Assembly: GCA_963828165.1 (NCBI GenBank)
Contig: CAWHDR010000001.1
Coordinates: 160,001 to 224,000 of the forward strand
Source of the DNA: an uncultured Chloroflexia bacterium
GTDB lineage: Bacteria; Chloroflexota; Limnocylindria; Limnocylindrales; CSP1-4
Reading direction: 5' to 3'
Length of the DNA: 64,000 nucleotides
Position numbers and translations under genes: made by a program. This document shows, one piece after another, positions 58,855-64,000 of the stretch (the first letter of the stretch is position 1; every line of letters begins with the position of its first letter). The notes under the pieces were generated by a model. That model searched no databases and was not told the origin of the DNA. It was given only the letters and a program-made list of their open reading frames with translations.

Positions 58855-59931
58855 ATGCGTCGGGTGCGCGTCGGCGTCGCCGGCGTCGGCCACTGGGCGA
58901 GGACGGCCCATCTTCCGGCGGTGACGTCGCATCCCGGGGCCGAGCTCGTCGCGATCGCCGATCCCGATCGGTCGAACCTTGAACGGTCGCGTGTTCGGTA
59001 CGGGGTGGAGGCCTCCTTCGATGACCCGTTCGAGATGCTCGCGCGATGCGATCTCGACGCCGTGATCGTCGCCACGCCCCATGCCTACCACTACGGGATC
59101 GGAATGACGGCGATCGAGCGAGGCTGCCATGTCCTGATCGAGAAACCGCTCGTCCTGGACCCGGCCGACGGCAGGCGACTGATCGCGGCGGCCACCGCCC
59201 GAGGCGTGGAGATCGTGGTCGGCTACACCTGGCACTACAACCGTCAGGTGCTGCGGGCCCGGGACTGGATCGGCGGGGGTCGGCTCGGATCGATCCAGTA
59301 CGTCCAGTCGTTCTTCGGGTCAAGCCCCATCAACCTGTACCGCGGTGACCCTGAGGCGGACGTGTACGCCTATGGTGCAGGCGAATCATTCGACGGGCCC
59401 CTGAAGACGACCTACTCGGAGCCCCGGCTCGCCGGTGGCGGCCAGGGCCAGACGCAGCTCACACATAGCATCGCCTTGCTGCTGTTCATGACGGCACTCG
59501 ACCCCGAACGGGTGTCCGCGTTCATGGAGAACCACTCGACGGCCGTCGACGTCGTTGACGCCGTCTCGGTCCGCTTCCGTGGCGGAGCGCTCGGTGTCAT
59601 CGGCAGCACGGGCGCCGTGATGCCGGTGAGCCACACCGATACGCTCGAATACATCATCCATGGGTCGGAGGGACACCTTCACTTCGATGTGATGGACGGG
59701 TCGCTGCGGCTCTTTGCCCGCGACGGACAGGTCGACGAGCCCACCTTGGCCCCTGCCGACCGCTATCCCCAGTCCAGCCCGGCCCGCAACCTCATCGACG
59801 TGGCCCTAGGCGCGGACGCCAACGGTTCTCCGGCTGCGATCGGCCAACGGACCGTGGAGGTCCTCCATGCCGCATACCGGAGCGCCGAGCTGGATGGAAC
59901 GGCAATCGACGTGGAGGGATCTGCAACATGA
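58855..59931 (+). CDS. Gfo/Idh/MocA oxidoreductase
   Basis: GVAGVGHWA, VATPH, LIEKP, GGGQGQTQLTH. Confidence 0.92.
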   Translation: MRRVRVGVAGVGHWARTAHLPAVTSHPGAELVAIADPDRSNLERSRVRYGVEASFDDPFEMLARCDLDAVIVATPHAYHYGIGMTAIERGCHVLIEKPLVLDPADGRRLIAAATARGVEIVVGYTWHYNRQVLRARDWIGGGRLGSIQYVQSFFGSSPINLYRGDPEADVYAYGAGESFDGPLKTTYSEPRLAGGGQGQTQLTHSIALLLFMTALDPERVSAFMENHSTAVDVVDAVSVRFRGGALGVIGSTGAVMPVSHTDTLEYIIHGSEGHLHFDVMDGSLRLFARDGQVDEPTLAPADRYPQSSPARNLIDVALGADANGSPAAIGQRTVEVLHAAYRSAELDGTAIDVEGSAT

Positions 59932-60710
59932 CGAGCCTCTCTGGCGAGGGCAACGAGCCAGGAACCCGGGTCGCCATCATCACCGGGGCCGGTGGCGGGC
60001 TCGGTGGCGCCGTCGCCAGGTTGCTGGCGGAAGGGGGCGGCTATCGACTGTGCCTGGTGGACAACCGTCTGGACGCCGTTGAGGGGGTCAGAGCCGAGCT
60101 CGCCGCCTCAGGTGCCGACGTCATGGCGCTCGTCGTGGATCTCGGCGTGTCGGACGAGGCCGAGTCGGTCGTGCCGAAGACGATCGAAGCATTCGGCCGC
60201 CTCGACGTGCTCGTCAACGCCGCGGCGATCCTTCACCGGCAAGCGTACGAGGAGGTCACGCCGCGGGATTTCGACGACGTCTTCCATGTCAACACCCTGG
60301 CCCCGTTCCTCCTGTCGCGCGCGGCGATCCCGGAGATGGCTCGGCGAAACTGGGGACGCATCGTCAATGTGACCTCGACGGGCGTCTACGAGGGCGGCTT
60401 CACGATGACATCCGCGTTGTACGAATCCTCCAAGGGCGCGGTGGCCGTGCTCACGAAGATGCTCGCCCGCCATGGAGCCGAGATGGGCGTCCTCGTGAAT
60501 ACCGTCTGCCCTGGTGGGATGCGGACGGGGATGCTTCTCAACGAGACATCACCGGAGCTGGTCGCGAAGGCCGAACGAGAGATGATTCCCCTGCATCGCC
60601 TTGCCGACCCGACTGAGGTCGGCCGGATCATCGCGTGGCTGGTCAGCGACCTGAACACGTATGCGACCGGGGCCGAGTTCGATATCACCGGCGGTCTGGC
60701 GCTCCACTAG
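59928..60710 (+). CDS. Short-chain dehydrogenase/reductase
   Basis: TGAGGGLG, VNAA, YESSK, NTVCPG. Confidence 0.9.
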   Translation: MTSLSGEGNEPGTRVAIITGAGGGLGGAVARLLAEGGGYRLCLVDNRLDAVEGVRAELAASGADVMALVVDLGVSDEAESVVPKTIEAFGRLDVLVNAAAILHRQAYEEVTPRDFDDVFHVNTLAPFLLSRAAIPEMARRNWGRIVNVTSTGVYEGGFTMTSALYESSKGAVAVLTKMLARHGAEMGVLVNTVCPGGMRTGMLLNETSPELVAKAEREMIPLHRLADPTEVGRIIAWLVSDLNTYATGAEFDITGGLALH

Positions 60711-60730
60711 CGCCGCGCGTCGCAAGCACG

Positions 60731-60772
60731 TTGACAGTCGAGCTGGCGAGCCAGTACGGTGAAAACGATATC
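60731..60772 (+). promoter_or_regulatory. Sigma70-type promoter plus operator-like site
   Basis: TTGACA 60731-36, N18, TACGGT 60755-60; gaaaacgatatc 60761-72. Confidence 0.65.
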
Positions 60773-60849
60773 TCAGGTGCGTTCCGACCCTTGAACCCGC
60801 GCCCTCCACTCCCTCGGTCGAGCGGGCCGGACGCCTATCGGGAGGAATC

Positions 60850-61332
60850 ATGACGACCAGCTCGCGTTTTCGCGCACTCGATCACATCGGGTACGCGGTT
60901 TCCGAGTTGGACCGGTCGATCGCGTTCTACGAGACGCTCCTTGGCGTTCCGCTCCTGATGCGCAAGACCTGGGAAGTCCCGTACGTCGGCGAGATCGTCG
61001 GCTACCCCGACCTCGTCCTCGAGGGCGCCTTCTTCCAGTTACCGAACGGTGTGATCCTGGAGTTGCTCGAGTACAAGACGCCGCCTCCGGGAGCGGTCGA
61101 CATGGAGAGCTACAACGCGGGGAATGCCCATCTCTGCCTCGTCACCGATGACATGGAGGTCGATTTCGCACGTCTGCGCGCCGCTGGTTACGACACGTTC
61201 CGGTCCGCGGCCCCGGTCGGCATCCCGTGGGGGCCGTACCGGGGCGGCCGCGCCTGCTACCTACGCGATCCGGACGGTGTCTCGATCGAGCTGCTCGAAG
61301 AGCCGTCGGGCGGGCCGGACTGGACGGCATGA
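60850..61332 (+). CDS. VOC (glyoxalase/methylmalonyl-CoA epimerase-like) protein
   Basis: LDHIGYAV, LELLEY, GNAHLCL, YLRDPDGVSIELLE. Confidence 0.9.
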   Translation: MTTSSRFRALDHIGYAVSELDRSIAFYETLLGVPLLMRKTWEVPYVGEIVGYPDLVLEGAFFQLPNGVILELLEYKTPPPGAVDMESYNAGNAHLCLVTDDMEVDFARLRAAGYDTFRSAAPVGIPWGPYRGGRACYLRDPDGVSIELLEEPSGGPDWTA

Positions 61333-61365
61333 GCCTTTGAACGGGTGCGATCGCGGGGGGCGTCG

Positions 61366-62493
61366 ATGAAGATCGCTCGTGTCGAGGCATTCCCGGTCCG
61401 CTACCCCGAGCCGAACAACGATGGGAAGGTCCGCTCGCTCACCCTGGTCCGGGTCGAGGCGGACGACGGGCAGACGGGTTGGGGTGAGGCGATCTCCGGA
61501 GCGCAGGAGGTCTCGCTCGCGGTCAAGCTGATCGCTGAGCGCCGCCTGGCCCCGCTGCTCCTCGGTCAGGACCCGCGTGATGTCGTGCGACTCTGGGGGC
61601 GCATGCGCGACGCCACGTATTGGGACGGCAACGGGGGGATCGTCACGTTTGCGATCTCGGCATTGGACATGGCCCTATGGGATCTCAAGGGGAGGATCGA
61701 GGATCGGCCGCTGGTCGAGATGCTCGGCGGACGGCAGCACGATCGCCTTCGCGCATGTGCCAGCACCATCTTTCATTCCGATGACCTGGATCTGATCGGC
61801 GACGAGTTCGCGACGTTCGCGGCGCAGGGCTACACCGCGGTCAAGGGCGGCTGGGGGCACAACCTGGACACCGCATTCGGCCGTGACATGGACCGGGACC
61901 TGCGGATCGCGCGCGCCGTTCGCACGGCCGTCGGCCCGGACGTCGACGTGATCTGCGACGTCGTGGCGCTGGCCGGCTGGACCGTCGAGCACGCCGCCCG
62001 CATGGCTCGGCAGCTCGACGAGGAGGTCGGGTTGTTCTGGCTCGAGGACCCGCTCCCGGAGCAGGACCTGGCCGGTTACCAACGGCTCCGTGAGGCGGTG
62101 AGCACGCGCATCTGTACCGGCGAGAAAGGGTGGACCGGCGACCACTTCGGCCGGCTCATCGACTCGGGAGCCCTGGACGTGATCATGATCGACCCGGGCA
62201 AGGCTGAGGGGATCACCGGGACCTGGAACGTCATCCAGGCGGCCGCTGCGGCGGGCCGTGACTGGAACGCGCATTCCTGGAGCAGTGCGCTCAACACGGC
62301 CGCATCGCTCCACCTGGCCGCGGCGTCCAGCAACGTGCTCGTGATGGAGCTCAAGCCGACGCCGTCACCGATGCAGCACGAGCTCGTTCATGACCCGATC
62401 GAACAGCAGGGCGGCTGGGTCAGCCCGCCCGACGGACCCGGCCTGGGGGTCGAGGTCGACGAGGCCGTTGTCCGCGAGTATCTGTTCAGCTGA
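61366..62493 (+). CDS. Mandelate racemase/muconate lactonizing enzyme family, paralog 2
   Basis: Shares EPNNDGK.RSLTLV, WDGNGG, TAVKGGWGH, TGEKGW, WNAHSWSSA with 22159..23292. Confidence 0.92.
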   Translation: MKIARVEAFPVRYPEPNNDGKVRSLTLVRVEADDGQTGWGEAISGAQEVSLAVKLIAERRLAPLLLGQDPRDVVRLWGRMRDATYWDGNGGIVTFAISALDMALWDLKGRIEDRPLVEMLGGRQHDRLRACASTIFHSDDLDLIGDEFATFAAQGYTAVKGGWGHNLDTAFGRDMDRDLRIARAVRTAVGPDVDVICDVVALAGWTVEHAARMARQLDEEVGLFWLEDPLPEQDLAGYQRLREAVSTRICTGEKGWTGDHFGRLIDSGALDVIMIDPGKAEGITGTWNVIQAAAAAGRDWNAHSWSSALNTAASLHLAAASSNVLVMELKPTPSPMQHELVHDPIEQQGGWVSPPDGPGLGVEVDEAVVREYLFS

Positions 62494-62586
62494 GGCGTTC
62501 CCGGCCGTGCGTCGGAGAGAAGCCCGGGCGCCACTCGGAGGAGGAGAGCGGCGCCCGGGTTTGTGAAAACGGTGACGGTGGCGGCG

Positions 62587-63703
62587 TCAGCCGGCGCCGG
62601 GCAGACCGGCATTGATCACGGGGAGCTCGCGGGCGCCGCTGGCCTTCGACACCGAACGACGTGGGCTTGGTCCGCCCGACGCGCGTGTAGTACTCCTCCG
62701 GCACCTGGGTCGGGTCCTTGAACATCTGCCACTGGCATTTCTGCGCCTCGCCGACCGCGATGTGCTCGGCGTCATACACAGGCGGGTCGACGACCCGGAC
62801 GGGGTAGCCGAAGCGATCCATGGGCATCTCTTCCATGAGGATGATGCAGTGGGTGCAATAGAGGCAGACGCCTGGCGTGTTGTGGTTCCAGGTGTGTGGC
62901 TCCTCGGTCACCTTCCAGTCGTACGGCGGCTGCATCCGCGGCGGCGTGCCCTCGATCGAGTCGCCGCGCAGGGTGCGGCCACCCGAGCCGCATGGGTCGA
63001 AGCGGAGGACGAAGCGATCCTCCAGTTCCACCAGCTCCATATCGCCGGTTCGCTCCGGTCCGACCAGGTGGCCGCGCATCGCCTCGCAGGCGACGAGCAT
63101 GAGGATCTCGAGCGACTCGTCCCACGGGTACTTGTCGACGTCGAACTTCTCGTAGCGCCAGACGAACAGCGGCAGGAGGACGCGGTCGTACATGTCTCGG
63201 ATGGCCAATTCGCCGAGCTGCTCCTTGATGAGGGACATCAGCGCGTACGTGTGGTCGACGTCACGGTCGTGGCACTGCCGCCACGTCTCCTTCATGACAT
63301 CGAGCCGTCGTTTGGCTTCTTCCGGCTGCTCGCGGTACGTCGCCGCGGTGAAGTCCTGGACCTCGGAGAGGAAGCGGTCCCACTGCTTGCGGGGGTGCCA
63401 CGGGCTGCCGTCGGGAAGGGACGCGACGGCGATCGCCTGATCGTTGCGGGCCTTGATCACGGCCTCGTCGACGCCCTTGTCGCGGAGATAGCCGTTGAGG
63501 TCACCGATCCACTGGCGGTAGAGCGTGAAGCAGACGTTCGCCTCGTCCACGAAGTAGCTGCCCAGCTGCGCTGCCTCGTCCCAGCGGGCACCGTCGAGCG
63601 CCTCGATGATCTTGCGGTAGGTGGAGACCTTCTGGTCCTCCCACGGTCCCATCCGCACGCGGCGACCAAGCAGCTCCGTGAAGGCGATGGTCGTCTCGGT
63701 CAC
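62587..63703 (-). CDS. Uncharacterised Cys-rich protein, paralog C (probable frameshift near 62651)
   Basis: EAMRGHLVGP, FDPCGSGGR, GVCLYCTHC, KCQW, GRTKP; the alternative-frame tail ELPVINAG matches paralog A's LPVIQPG. Confidence 0.85.
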
Positions 63704-63815
63704 GTCGTGGTCTCCCGCGCTTCGACTACGATGGAGGACGATACCGGTACCGTTTGCAGCCCGGCATCGACAACGATACCACGCCGCAACCGCCCCGCGG
63801 CCAGCCGGAGGTCGG

Positions 63816-64000
63816 ATGACCGCCCTCGTATTCGGGTTCCTCGCGGCGCTGGCGAACGCCGGTCAGGCGTTGCTCAGCAAGGATCTGACCGACCGGGCAC
63901 CCGCACGGCAGCTCATCGGCGTGTTGTACGCGGGCAATGCCCTCGTGCTGCTGCCATTTGCGCCGTTCGTGGTGTGGACGTGGTCCGCCGAGATCGTCGG
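63816..64000 (+). CDS. DMT/EamA-family transporter, partial (runs off the window)
   Basis: GGAGG RBS; MTALVFGFLAALANAGQALLSK...LIGVLYAGNALVLLPF. Confidence 0.65.
   Translation, partial: MTALVFGFLAALANAGQALLSKDLTDRAPARQLIGVLYAGNALVLLPFAPFVVWTWSAEIV

Overview
High-GC bacterial window; the lipoprotein leaders and gene content suggest a monoderm such as Chloroflexota or Actinomycetota (inference only). 1-3461 looks like the decayed right end of an integrated element: a recombinase/MmyB chimeric remnant, small hypothetical genes, an ECF sigma factor and repeated GTGCGCCTGACTC-type motifs, ending at an isolated 3' half of tRNA-Gln(CTG). 3.5-16 kb is a patchwork accessory region with three class III nucleotide-cyclase-like genes, a nucleoside 2-deoxyribosyltransferase, a Streptomyces-type vanR-vanS/vanY cassette, gene fragments and a GT4+GH65 pair. 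16.3-64 kb is one large catabolic island for an unknown substrate class. It holds TRAP, MFS and three ABC importers, four phosphotriesterase-like and several other amidohydrolases, two enolase-superfamily paralogs, five SDRs, two Gfo/Idh/MocA, a P450, a DadA-like enzyme, RidA, a split lipoyl/E2 module and one LacI regulator, with five TTGACA-N18-TAnnnT promoters each followed by a LacI-type operator. The best novelty candidate is three paralogs of a ~370-aa Cys-rich protein family I cannot assign (EAMRGHLVGP / FDPC[GA]SGGR / GVCxYCxxC / KCxW). Several single-base frameshifts are probably assembly errors.
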